A stretch of 63,713 bases of DNA, filler included, from Phoronis australis (taxonomy: Eukaryota > Animalia > Phoronida), in NCBI GenBank assembly GCA_002633005.1. It is 4 parts of 4 records of this genome, joined end to end, with 100 filler letters (N's around TTAATTAATTAA, not from the genome) between each part and the next. Parts side by side here need not be neighbours in the genome. Positions count along the whole stretch, not along the records: positions 1 to 11,248 come from NMRA01000483.1; positions 11,349 to 36,117 come from NMRA01001356.1; 2 more parts are not named here. One strand, 5' to 3'. The notes beneath the pieces were generated by a model. The model worked only from the letters and a program-made list of their open reading frames with translations. It had not been told where the DNA came from and did no database searches. This document shows positions 1 through 12,726 of the stretch, piece after piece; position 1 is the first letter of the stretch, and each line of letters begins with the position of its first letter. The translations under genes and the position numbers were made by a program.

Positions 1-59
1 TGTTTGAATACTTTTGACTTGTACTGTCATTTTGTTTGAATACTTTTGACTTGTACTGT
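1..59. repeat. Short tandem repeat, 32-bp unit, about 1.9 copies
   Basis: tgtttgaatacttttgacttgtactgtcattt is followed immediately by tgtttgaatacttttgacttgtactgt. Confidence 0.9.
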
Positions 60-539
60 AACTTTAAATCATTATTCATTGCTCTGTTCCAGACATGTTC
101 CTCGTGTGTTTTGAAGATAGCTCATCTGGATAAAAGTCTGGAAAAGCCATAAATATTTTTTTTATTAAAGTTCAAGATCCTGACACGACTATGGCCAACA
201 TATCTCTTCACTGCTGTGATCCCACATTCAGAAACAGTCAGTTTTGAAGGTCATCAGTTACACTTGATTTATTGTGATTTATTGAGTTTTAGAAGACAAC
301 TACCTGCCGTATGTAAAGGTTTTAAACTTTTGTAATATAAGTTTAAGTGACTTGACCGAACCTTATTTAACGTTGAACAAAAACAGAATAACAGAGGACA
401 ATAGGGGTCCCGGATTGCTGCAGAAATGTGACGATTGGTCTTTAAAGACAAAACAGTGCTCATAAGTGAACATAAAATTAGTCATCTAATAAATAATAGC
501 TTATAAAAGTACATGAAAGAAACGATTATTATAATTAAA

Positions 540-1130
540 ATTCATTTATTCTGGGTTGCCTCCTCAATGAATGGACACTGGCTTTCAAGAGGGGCCAGAA
601 AGAAATATAATAGAGCAAGGATATAACTGTTTACATAGCAACAACAATGAATGAAACTAACAAATTATATAATGAAACAATACTGTAAAAAGTTATATAA
701 TATTATTGGATGAATTATATGACAAAAAAAATCATAAACTAAACCAGATAAAAAATCTAGTAAACAACTAAATACAATAAAACACATAAATCAGGGAATT
801 AAAAAAACACAGTAAAATAAAGACGATACACATAACAAAGTAGGATTTTGAGCAGCAATGTTTGAGTTTGAACGGGGCTATTGTAGTTGAGTTTCAACAA
901 TTTGAATAAAGTTTGTTGAAAGACGTAGTTCCAGGGAATGCAAAGGATCGTTGACAACCAGAATTTAGTGACAACCAGTTCAGAACCAACACTATTTCTT
1001 TTTGTACAACAGATTCTGTGAATTTATTTCACAGATAGGTGTTTGCCCATTATGGAATGCCTCGTAAGTTGTGCAATCAACGTGAAATGCTCTGGGTTCA
1101 TGAAGCCTAGTCCAGACTCCTGATGCCAGA
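540..1130 (-). mobile_element. Degraded L2/CR1-group LINE 3' fragment
   Basis: Minus-strand remnants RAFHVDCTTYEAFHNGQTP and RSFAFPGTTSFNKL resemble the ORF2 C-terminus of CR1/L2-group LINEs; an L2-like tail (ggcccctcttgaaag...gaggaggcaacccagaataaatgaa) follows. Confidence 0.4.
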
Positions 1131-1255
1131 ATGCTACCATAGTAACATGTGCGTCTCTGACACAGTGACTACAACCATGTATTCCTTGTATAATTCAGCC
1201 ACCATGCTGTGTAAGATCGATATATACATATACATACATATATACATGTTTATAT

Positions 1256-2091
1256 AACTAATTCTATTTCAAAAAGGGAATTTCTATTCCAGTACCTTTT
1301 TGGGGTTGACTGCAGATTATGGAAATTTTGATGCAGAAATCAGGCAAAATGGGTGATTTTGCTGCCAAATCTTGTGATTTTAGAAGGAACATTCTCTCAA
1401 TGTGCACATGTAGGTAGTCAAAAGCTACATTTCAGTTTTGGCCTCCTCTTGAAGCAGTTCAATCATCTCATATCGAGTTAAATGTGGCCATGACCAAGGA
1501 TCATTTCTGCACATCGTGACCATTCAGTGAGCCATGTAGAGGTTGAACCAAGTTCTTCATTTCCACTATCTCCGAATGATAAAGCTAGGGCAAGACCACG
1601 GCCAAAGAATATTCTCTGTACTCTCAGAGACTATTCAGTGAAGTAGTTGTAAGAGTTGAATCATGGATTATGTATTTCCTCAGACTACTCATAAAATCAT
1701 TGGATCATGATCAGGGAATATTCTCTGTACTCTGTAACCTCCATGAGGTCATCAAGTAAAAGATCTTCTGGTTTTGGAAAAGCAGTGTGAAAAATTAAAC
1801 ATGAGATACTCTGCAGTATTTTCAAAATACAGTTTACTTTTCAAAGATTGCTTCTGACTGAAGCTTAGGTGATGCTGTTATATTAAAAGGATACTATATC
1901 TTGTTTTATCACTTGCGTAAATACTTAAAAACTCGCTATTCTCCCCATTAGTGGTATTCTTAGTTGCATGAGAATGCTGGGATAGCGCTTTTATCATGTG
2001 GGGAAAATTTAGCGGGTATATCAGCAGCAATAGCTGCGTTATTTGATACGCCATGGAAATCCTCACTTCACGCAAGTGCATTGCAAGCCAC
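1256..2091 (+). repeat. Diverged ~830-bp repeat, copy A (inverted copy at 10187-10998)
   Basis: aactaattctatttcaaaaagggaatttctattccagtacc...cgcaagtgcattgcaagccac aligns along its length to the reverse complement of 10187-10998; contains diverged ~110-bp subunits (gaatattctctgtactct). Confidence 0.9.
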
Positions 2092-2968
2092 TTTTCCCGT
2101 GGAGTTGTTAAAAAATGAGGACTGAAAAATCTACACTTCTTGATATTTTTGGAGGGAGTCTGAAGTGTTTGGAGGGCTGTACGGAACTAGGTGATACGAA
2201 TCTTTTGATATGCAGAACATGTATAGTTACTCTTTTATTTTTTACGAAATTATGTTGAAAGGCAGATATTTTACGCATAATTGTCGCAATTCAATGGCCA
2301 TTTCTCGGCAACTGCTCGACCAATTTTTATGATTTTTGCACCATTTTATCTCTCACACCAAGTGCTTTTCAAAAATGTATGACACATGGGCTTAGTAAAC
2401 TAAAAAAATAAAAAATGTCCCACCCTTGTCACAAAGCTGTGTACTAAATTTACAGCTTTGCGCCGATATGGATAAAAAGCTGACCAGATAAAATCTGACA
2501 CAAAATTAGTGTCATTAAAAACTACAACCTTCCTTGAGTACACTAAATTATTTACCGGTGTGGGAAAAATTGGCATCATCTTCAGTTATGCTGTAGCTAA
2601 AGTTGTGGAGCGATCTGATGCGTCGGCTTTCGGAGCAATAAAATATTGCGTCATCTATTGGGCAGTTTCTTTTTTCGCCGATTCTTCATTCAACTGTTCT
2701 TCTTCCACGAGGTTGCGTACATGTCACCACAATTTTTGGAACTGGTTTTATTTCATTACAAGTTTTCAGTATTTTAATATCAGCAAACCGAATTACACAA
2801 CAAATTTTCTGGTGTTGGGAATGTCACAGAATTTTAGTAAATGGCGCGTGCGTGTGACACGAGCATACTGTTTACAAAACGACATACTTTTCATTGTTAC
2901 AAAAGGTGGAGAGTTACGCAAGAAAGTGACGTTTGTTGCATTGTTTTTTACTTAAACAGCTGTAACGA

Positions 2969-3457
2969 TAGTAGGCAACATGTAGTCCCTCGGTTGGCCG
3001 GTTAGGGCTACAATACTTTCCATGATCGCTTTCTGTACGAACTTCGTCCCGTGTATTTTAAACCTGTGGTTCACCAAAACCAGTCACCGATTGAGAGTCT
3101 ACACCTAAAACTATGACTTAAAAATTAAGCGCTAACTTTATTCAGTGTTCCTTTCTACTTCTACACATGTGTGCGATGAAGTCTAGCTACGACATTTAAG
3201 GTAACTTTGGCGAGGAATTCCAACTCCACTTTTTGGTCATCGTTAACTTTTTCACCACGCGCGCGATAACCACAAAGTATCAAAGTATTTTACGTGAGTT
3301 AGGCAAAGGTTAACGCGAGACTGAGCAAAGCGTGTGACGCTGGTTGGCGTGACTTTTGCAAAGTAGCATGGGAAGGTATCAGGTGAAATTTGTAAGATTT
3401 GTGTCCCTTGGACTTCTTAATCGTCAACTTGCGTGATTTCATGTAACTTCCTCAAAA
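2969..3457 (+). repeat. Dispersed ~490-bp repeat (inverted copy at 47856-48368)
   Basis: tagtaggcaacatgtagtccctcggttggcc...gtaacttcctcaaaa matches the reverse complement of ttttgaggaagttac...ggccaaccgagggggccacgtgttgcctacta. Confidence 0.85.
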
Positions 3458-3590
3458 TGTCGCTACGGGGCACACCGGTAGTCGGAAAGGTCGTCATCTG
3501 TCGTCAGCTTGATAGAAACACATCTGCCAAATCTCATCAAGATCCTGTGAGAGGTTTGGGAGATACAGCTGCAAAGCCAGATGCCCAGAG
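3458..3590 (+). mobile_element. Helentron/HINE-like terminal fragment, diverged paralog of 6520-6716
   Basis: gtcgtcagcttgatagaaacacatctgccaaatctcatcaagatcc...gatacagctgc is similar to ~5260-5335 and ~6575-6650. Confidence 0.55.
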
Positions 3591-4083
3591 ATGACTTTAA
3601 TATGCACATAAAATTAATTTTGGAATAAGTTTTGAAACCTACTCTTAACCCATGGAAAGATGAAGATCCAAACTGCCCAAACCTGTGTACTTGAAATGTT
3701 TATTTATCACTGCTAAGATGAATGGTTGAAGATGATATCAACATTCCATGGCCTAAAGCTGTAGCCTAATTTTAAACAAGGGTCACTCTACAGTTGTGTC
3801 ATGGAAACCTAGGCTTGCAGTTGAGTTTGTGTACAGTGTGAAGACAGCTGTGTTGTGTGTTCTGACAAGTTATGGAAAGTTCTAAAATTTTCAAGGAAGG
3901 GTTAGCTGCTCTAAAACTTTTAAACGTTCTTGACATTTCTATAACCAGTTCACTTTTAACTCATCTTTGAAAAAATAAAAAAAGTAATTTTCTTGTGCAT
4001 TTAAAGGTTTGATTTGACAATAAAAGTGAAAGTGCACTGAGGAGAGACACTTGGTGAAATCCAAAGAATATTTGGAGATGAGG

Positions 4084-6698
4084 TAGACAATAAAACCAAG
4101 AGCACCAACAACCATGATCCAATGTAACAGTAACATGCAAACAAATCTAATTTTATCCAACTTTATATTAATTCATATCAACCATTCCCAGGACTTCACA
4201 TGAATGGTACATGATATAAATTGTTCATAAAAATTCACAATTTTAATGCATGATTAATATAATTTTCATGTAGTTTTTCACCAGTTAGGATAATTAAGTT
4301 ATGGAATTTCTTATCACTTATCAACCATGATAAATGATAAAAACGTTTTCCATGAATAATGATAATTTGTCATCAGCCTGATATGAATCGTCAACCAAAC
4401 TGGGGGTTTCCCCATCATTGCATTGAGATCGATAATGGAAGACATAGTCAGGCGTAACATACCAGCAATTAATTTTGCTCAGAATTGAAAGATATTTCCA
4501 TTAAAAATTTGACTGAATACTGAAATTAATTATTCCTTGTTAAATGAAATCTAATAATTATATACTATTATCAAATTTCAACATTAAGTTCAATGTCCAG
4601 TCTTACCTATTCAGCTGTTCTTAGTTCTGGAGTTACAAGCAGTTTGAAAAGACCGGGCTTTAGTTTTCAAGTTCGTAACCATGACAACTAATTGATAAAG
4701 CATGTTAAAGATAAACATTTCAAGTCAGTTTCAGAACATTAATATTGAGTTAGCTGACAACACTATAAACAGCAACTGTCACAATCTGTCTGACTGCTTT
4801 CATGAAGCTATTTGGTGAGCATTGTTTTCAACTGGCATTCGCATTTAATTGAAACAGGTCCTAAAAAGTCTGGGACCTGTAGTTTCTTGAGATTCAAGTT
4901 ATGAAATGAGGCAAGTTATTTTAAAATCAGAATAACCATGCCAGTAGATACTTGACATTTAAAGCCAGTTAGCACTCAATACAATTACCAGACATAAAAA
5001 ATAAAAGTACTTAATAATGTGATATATCGATATAATTTATCATTTACTTGACTCGAAAACAGTAAAAATGGCCACTAGGTGGCGAAAAGTACCTCGAATC
5101 CGTCCGAAAACCGGAGGATGTCATCATCTCACTAATAGATAACTCCTAAATTTTATGAAAATCCACTGATATCCGAAGATACAAAGATAAGCGTAAAAAA
5201 CTAAAATTGCCATTAGGGGGTTCAACGGTAGTCGTAGAGGTTCGAAATTCGTCACCATCCGTCGTCAGCTTCATAGAAGCACATATGCCAAATCTCATCA
5301 GGATCCCGTTTGGGGTTTAGGAGACACAGCTGCGGATGCCGGACGCCCAGACAGAAATGACGGCAATATACGACCACATATGANTAGACAATAAAACCAA
5401 GAGCACCAACAACCATGATCCAATGTAACAGTAACATGCAAACAAATCTAATTTTATCCAATTTTATATTAATTCATATCAACCATTCCCAGGACTTCAT
5501 ATGAATGGTACATGATATAAATTGTTCATAAAAATTCACAATTTTAATGCATGATTGATATAATTTTCATGTAGTTTTTCACCAGTTAGGATAATTAAGT
5601 TATGCAATTTCTTATCACTTATCAACCATGATAAATGATAAAAACGTTTTGCATGAATAATGATAATTTGTCATCAGCCTGATATGAATCGTCAACCAAA
5701 CTGGGGGTTTCCCCATCATTGCATTGAGATCGATAATGGAAGACATAGTCAGGCGTAATAAACATACCAGCAATTAATTTTGCTCAGAATTGAAAGATAT
5801 TTCCATTAAAAATGTGACTGAATACTGAAATTAATTATTCCTTGTTAAATGAAATCTAATAATTATATACTATTATTAAATTTCAACATTAAGTTCATTG
5901 TCCAGTCTTACCTATTCAGCTGTTCTTAGTTCTGGAGTTACAAGCAGTTTGAAAAGACCGGGCTTTAGTTTTCAAGTTCGTAACCATGACAACTAATTGA
6001 TAAAGCACGGTTAAAGATAAACATTTCAAGCCAGTTTCAGAACATTAATATTGAGTTAGCTGACAACACTATAATCAGCAACTGTCACAATCTGTCTGCC
6101 TGCTTTCATGAAGCTATTTGGTGAGCATTGTTTTCAACTGGCATTCGCATTTAATTGAAACAGGTCCTAAAAAGTCTGGGACCTGAAGTTTCTTGAGATT
6201 CAAGTTATGAAATGAGGCAAGTTAAAAATTTAATTTTAAAATCAGAATAACCATGCCAGTAGATACTTGACATTTAAAGCCAGTTAGCACTCAATACAAT
6301 TACCAGACATAAAAAATAAAAGTACTTAATATTGTGATATATCGAGATAATTTATCATTTACTTGACTCGAAAACAGTAAAAATGGCCACTAGGTGGCGA
6401 AAAGTACCTCGAATCCGTCCGAAAACCGGAGGATGTCATCATCTCACTAATAGATAACTCCTAAATTTTATGAAAATCCACTGATATCTGAAGATACAAA
6501 GATAAGCGTAAAAAACTAAAATTGCCATTAGGGGGTTTAACGGTAGTCGTAGAGGTTCGAAATTCGTCACCGTCCGTCGTCAGCTTCATAGAAGCACATA
6601 TGCCAAATCTCATCAAGATCCTGTTTGGGGTTTAGGAGACACAGCTGCGGATGCCGGACGCCCAGACAGAAATGATGGCAATATACGACCACATATGA
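4084..6698. other. Apparent 1.3-kb tandem duplication (4084-5383 and 5385-6698), likely uncollapsed haplotypes
   Basis: Near-identical copies with scattered SNPs and indels; the junction is exactly a single n at 5384. Confidence 0.85.
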
Positions 6699-6716
6699 AT
6701 ATGTGGCGCATAAAAA
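6520..6716 (+). mobile_element. Non-autonomous Helentron/HINE-like terminus
   Basis: ccaaatctcatcaagatcc core, then ggacgcccagacaga, then a perfect hairpin CCACATAT-ga-ATATGTGG (6689-6706) a few nt before ataaaaa. Confidence 0.55.
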
Positions 6717-9700
6717 GATGTGTCGCATGACCAACTAAATACCAAATTGGTGTAAAACAAAAATCAAATTCAACAGGCTTACTGCTTTCAAAAAGTATAT
6801 GCTGTGATGGGGTTGATATGCAGTATTATAGTTTTCTAGATATTTGGCTCAATTACTTGTTGATAAGGTCTTCCATAACCTCAAATCGCAAACCCAGTTG
6901 GGAAACATTTTACATTCGGTTTCCAGGTTCATGCAATAGAAGGTTGATCAACCAGTCCTCCTAACTGGGGATGGCTAGTATTAACCAATGAGATAAATTT
7001 GGCTATCAAGTTTTTGTACAGGGAAACTCCAATTATTCAGACAAACATTAGGTTGAATCCTAAGGGGAAACCAACAACATTTGAATGATTTAAGGAATAG
7101 GTGAAAGTTCAACCTGTAGTTGATAACAATAATGGAACCATCATTTTCTTACTAAATACCAAATGAAAATTACCATTTCCATTTTTGTTTGCTCATGTTT
7201 TCTGGTAGAACCCTGCATGTTTTGTTTTATGTGCTGAGTTTCAAATGGTAAAACTATAGGTCTACAAATTCGATCCATTCCAGCTTGAAGTTTGCTCCTT
7301 TAATTTATCTTGTAAGTGCCGAAGTTGAACAACCATTTACTACTACACCTCTTATCTGACCCAGGGACATGAAACTTAAACTGCACAGATCCTTAAAATA
7401 GCAGTCACTGTTTATAAATTTTAAGTCAGTACCAGTGAACAACTCTAGCAAACAACCACTTCATCAGGCAACTTCAATCTGCTACATGGTGAGTTGAAAC
7501 CAGAGCATAAACAAAACCAGATGGATGAGGCTGATTCCACAGAGACATCACTCTTAGACATGCTTATCAGGCAACCTATCTTGTAGTATAGTGGGGAACC
7601 TACACAGACATAAATTTGTGGCCATCAAGCTGGGGGATTATATTAGAGGTTAACAACTTTTATATTTACTAGCTGGTGCCCATGGCAAGCACAGGACTAC
7701 AGGGCAAGATGTCGGAGTGAGTAGAAAACACCTGGGTGACAACACTGAATTTTTTGAGGTGGAAATAATTAAATAGAAGCAATTACAAAACCAACTGGTC
7801 TTGGTAAAACTCATCACCATGAGTTGGACACGGAATGATATTACGTTGAACTGCACAACAATGTGTTTCGAGTTCTCATTGGAATCACTTCAGGATTACG
7901 AACAGCGCACACTTTGTGACCAGATCAGCCAGGATGTTGCCAGAATATGGGTTTGGGGGACAGATTTTCAATGCTTTTGAAGGCGAACAAAAAATAGCTA
8001 AGCAAGTTTCATGGCAAAAGTTTAAGTAATTCCTGCATGCAGGGCCTAGATCTAGGGCCACACTAAGTTTTGATGTGATCGTCTGTTTGTCTGGGAGCCT
8101 TGGTAATTACAGAATTTTTCATATGGTAGTAATATGCTAGATACACCATAGGTGCGTTTATTTTGTGAGTGTATTTTGATTTATTCATTCATTATTACTG
8201 TCGTGAGTGGACTAAGTTGATCTTAGCATTGTGTATGGCCAGTATGTAGGATTTGTGACTGTATATGAATTGCCTGGCCTTTTAGCTGCTTTTGAAATTC
8301 ATGCTCAAAGCGTATTAAAGCATGTTCATCAACATGCTACTAAACAGTCGGACAAAAATACAGATTCTTATTAATTCATCAGAAAGAAATCGGAAATTCG
8401 GAAAATATAAAAATATTTACTTGCTTAATTTAACTGATTTTTTGTAACTGGAACAGTTTACTAGCACTCCTGCAAAAGTCCTGGATTCTAAAAACATGGA
8501 AATTTCTAAAGTTTGTGTAAAAAATCGTACCAAGGTACAAAAATTTTATGCCTCTGTGAATGACTAATGTTTTTGATAAACGCGTGAAATTGAAAAATTA
8601 TAAATTGACTTGTTTGCAAAATTGTTGAGGTTTCATGACCCACTATAATTTCAAAGTTCTTGTCCTACAATGATAAGGAAAAGTTTGAGGCCAATTTTAT
8701 GAAAGATAAAGACCTAGTTTGATTTTTTTTTATTCAGCAGTTGTAAAATATTATAAATGTCAATCTTTGTGGATACGTTTCTCAAACAAAATTTTTTTTA
8801 TTGTATATAGGTCTTAAAGTTGCATTGCTACCCTTGAAGTTAACTAATTCAACACATTGTTCATGTGCCTAACACGCAAATTGTTTCAGACACCTTCAAC
8901 CAAATGTGTTTATTGGTCACTTTCATATCATCTGATTTTTACTGCTTAGTAGTTTTGAAAATTATTTTTCCTTTTAGACAATAGGAGATTTGCGCAAAGA
9001 CTTGCGAAACCTGTGATTGGTCTGTGGCAGAAAAAAGGATTTTCTGATTTTCATGATCTTACCCATTAAAACAACAGACACTTTAGAACTGAAAATATGG
9101 GAATTGTTTTAAAAAGGGATTATGATGGTTGGTATTTCTATTGCGAATTGAGAATAAATAAATGTCTGCTGTTATTTACAAATTTATGTTCTCGAAGAAT
9201 ACGTCAACTGTTTCCACAAAAAGAAAACGAAAATCATGTGTTCCAGAACAGTAGTTTTGGTGTTTTAGTTGTATGGAGTAAAATTGTTCACTGCTTGATA
9301 TTTCAGAAAATATTCACTACTTGCACACTTTGGTGGCAATGCAAAATTATTACTTGTTGGGCATTGTTATTCATAGCACAATGACTCATTTTACCATCAA
9401 TTTCAACAATGCAAATTCGAGGGAGTGTATATCCAAATATGCAGAACCATGTTAGTTTGGATGCAACACCTTGTTTTCAAGCATGATTGCAAATTCGTAC
9501 AAGTAAGTAATACAGGACTATTCCCTATGAACAAAGGCTAGTTAACAGACTAACTTGAATCAGGAGTGGCCCAAAGGTTGTTTGTTATCAAAAGCAACCA
9601 TCTTGAAGTTTGAGTTGACAAATGGCCATGCATTTTATGTTAACTCCAACTATCTGCAATTTATTTTTAGTTCATCACAGGTTTGGATTGATTCACTTGA

Positions 9701-10186
9701 ATGTGTTACTTTTTTAATGTTATTAGCTTAATGGATCAGAAGGAAAACTTGTCAAGTGCTGACAGTCTTCATCTTATTTCTGTTTCAGGAGTAACAGAAA
9801 TACGCCCTAAGATGCCATCAAGTACATTTTCCCTTTACAAAACTTTCCAACAGTCCATTTCTACTTTTGCGATGCATTGAGTAGTTAAGCTTAAAGTTGG
9901 GCTATAGCCGTGAGATTTTCAGTGTAACCAGTACTGTACTGGTAAAATTAGAGATACGTAGGTGCCCAAAGCCCACCGTATCACCTTGAGCACTGATGGT
10001 AACTTAGGGTGTGTAGGCTCTACGTTCAAATGCCAAAAGGTGATTGGCTGCGCCTACGTGCGCCTATGCCCCACTACAGCACTGAGTGTAACCTTACGAT
10101 TAAATGTGTTTGAAAACTGATCAACTTGGCATTATTTTGTTATAAGCCCCATTCACATGTCTAACTGAGAAATCTGCGTATTGATT

Positions 10187-10998
10187 GTGGCTTGCAATGC
10201 ACTTGCGCGAAGTGAGGATTTCCCTTAGCATAATTGCTTCATTTGATGTTTGCCATGCCGGTGATATACCCACTGAATTTGCCACATATGAGAAAAGCCC
10301 TATTCCCAGCATTCTCATGCCAGTAAGTATATTGCTAATGGAGAGAATAGCGAGTTTTTGAGTATTTATGCTGGTACTAAAACAAGATATAGCATCCTTT
10401 TAATCTAAAAGCAACACCTAAGCTTCGATAAGAAGCAATCTTTGCAAAGTAAAATGCATTTTAAAAATATTACAGGTATCTCGTGTTTAATTTTTTATAA
10501 TAATTTTCCAAAACCATAAAATAATACCCTTGTGGAGGTCACAGAGTGCAGAGAATATTCCCTGATCATGATCCAACAATTTTATGAGCAGACTGAGGAA
10601 ATATACATCATCCATCATTCAACTCTTACAAGTACTTCACTTAGTTGTCTCTGAGTGCAGAGAATATTCTTTGGCCATGATCAAGCCCTAGCTTTACCAT
10701 TGTGAGATAATGAAAATGTCCATCATTCAACCTTTACATGCCTCACAGAAGGGCCAAGGTGTATAGGAATGGTCCCTGGTCATGGTTTTTAACACAATTT
10801 GAGATACTTGGAGGCCAAAATTGGAATGAGCTTTTGACTACCTACATGTGCACAATGAGAGAATGTTCCCTCTCAAATCACAATATTGGGGAGTAAAATC
10901 ACCCATTTTGCCTGATTTCTGCATCAAATTTCCATAATCTGATGTCAACCCCAAAGAGGTACTGGAATAGAAATTCCCTTTTCAAAATAGAATTAGTT
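10187..10998 (-). repeat. Diverged ~810-bp repeat, copy B (inverted relative to 1256-2091)
   Basis: gtggcttgcaatgcacttgcg...gtactggaatagaaattcccttttcaaaatagaattagtt. Confidence 0.9.
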
Positions 10999-11248
10999 CA
11001 CTGTTAAATTGAAATACTGGGAGAAAGTTAGTGTCTACAGTAAAATAGGGCTCATATTCTAAGATTACATTAAGAAATATTCAAACCCCACAATCTGATG
11101 GGCAAGAAGCGATCTTTTGATTTAGACCACATTCCACTCTAAAATAAACTCAACTTGTTCCTTACTCAGTTGGGGGGGTGATTTCTGGGTTGACATCATT
11201 TTCCTAGAGCCAATGCTCAGTGCAAGAAATTATACACCATGACAAGCC

Positions 11249-11348
11249 NNNNNNNNNNNNNNNNNNNNNNNNNNNNNNNNNNNNNNNNNNNNTTAATTAA
11301 TTAANNNNNNNNNNNNNNNNNNNNNNNNNNNNNNNNNNNNNNNNNNNN
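11249..11348. other. Artificial scaffold-joining linker N44-TTAATTAATTAA-N44
   Basis: Exactly 100 nt; the palindromic 12-mer places stop codons in all six frames; identical linkers occur at 36118 and 57372. Confidence 0.97.
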
Positions 11349-11606
11349 TTCCTCCCCCGAAAATCCTAGCACTCAATGTAATTAAGAAACATATTCGACA
11401 CAAAAGCACAACCTTGACAAAAACTTGCGAGGAAATCAAGGCATGAGTGCAGGTTCAGCGGTCAGTGGTAGCATATGCAGGGGTAACCCCCCGGACATTT
11501 AATGACCCAATAACCGCAGTCCAACCGAGTCCAACCTAGGCCAGTCTTAGGGTGAGTCACAACCCAACCGAGTTCAGAACGCGTCCGGGCGAAGCCTGAC
11601 CTCACT

Positions 11607-11679
11607 CCGGTTGAAGGTCACCCGAGGCCTGACTGAGGCTGAAGTTCGTTCGATAGGACATTGGATTCGATCAGCACTG
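11607..11679 (-). mobile_element. Tc1/mariner-like MITE terminus (TIR CAGTGCTGATCGAATCCAAyGTCCTATCGAAC, TA flank)
   Basis: ...ggattcgatcagcactg|TA; repeated at 12338-12410 after a single n with a different flank; the opposite end TA|cagtgctgatcgaatcc is at 36045. Confidence 0.65.
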
Positions 11680-12726
11680 TATCTAAATAATATAAATTCA
11701 CGGTTGATCTAATCTATTGAGGGTTTCCCAAATGGCAGTTTAACGGGGTTTGTACATGTACATTATGTACTTTACAATTATAATTATACAAGAAGCATTG
11801 AAATTTAGATTATCTAGGAATAATCTGGTCTCCAGATCATTTATGAATGAAATACTGACAAATAGTTAATATAGTACATTTTAGGACACACTATCCTTTT
11901 CCCCAGCCACCAGAAACTGGACTACCGGTCGTGTTTCAAGTAGGCATTTTTATACAGCCCAAAAACACTATACCAGGGACTTCTGGACCTCACCTTTTCA
12001 AAAAAACCTCCTTCAAAGAAAGACGATAATAAGATAAAGTTTTCCCGAGACTGGATCACAATAAAACGAATCTTAGAGCGAGCGCAGACGGCCGGTACGA
12101 GCTGCCGGTGTCCAGTGAATCACAGCTGAGCTGACCTGCAACTAGCTTTAATTCATCGGGAATTTCGTATCTTCACACTGTTAGATCTCAGCTATAGCTA
12201 CTTGAGCCATTTCCTCGCTACCGGCCAGTGTACTGGTATTAGTCCATTCTTACTCTCCTGGTTCACGGTTACTCAGCTCTTGATGGCTTTGTCTCCGGCA
12301 TTGTCCCAGGGACGTATCTGGGATTTTGAGTTGGGGNCCGGTTGAAGGTCACCCGAGGCCTGACTGAGGCTGAAGTTCGTTCGATAGGACATTGGATTCG
12401 ATCAGCACTGTAGGTGTGTGGGTAGAGGGGATTTTAGAACAATCCACTAAATTACTGTAAAGAAAAAATAAGTCGGGGGGAAATCTCAATACAGTTTGAC
12501 TTCCGAAAATACTCCACGGAGACCGCTCTAAGACAGTTTCTAGATTTGGCATTAATTTAAGCTGCAGAACTTATCCAAAAATACTGCAACTTAAGTGTTT
12601 CAGGTTCACAGTGTGTCCAGTTTGCAGGGAATTGAATGAAAACAAGAAGAAGAATCGTGCAAAATTCTTTAGAAGGGCGCTTATAACATAATTACAACCT
12701 GCGCGTATAAAAGCGACTACGTTTAT

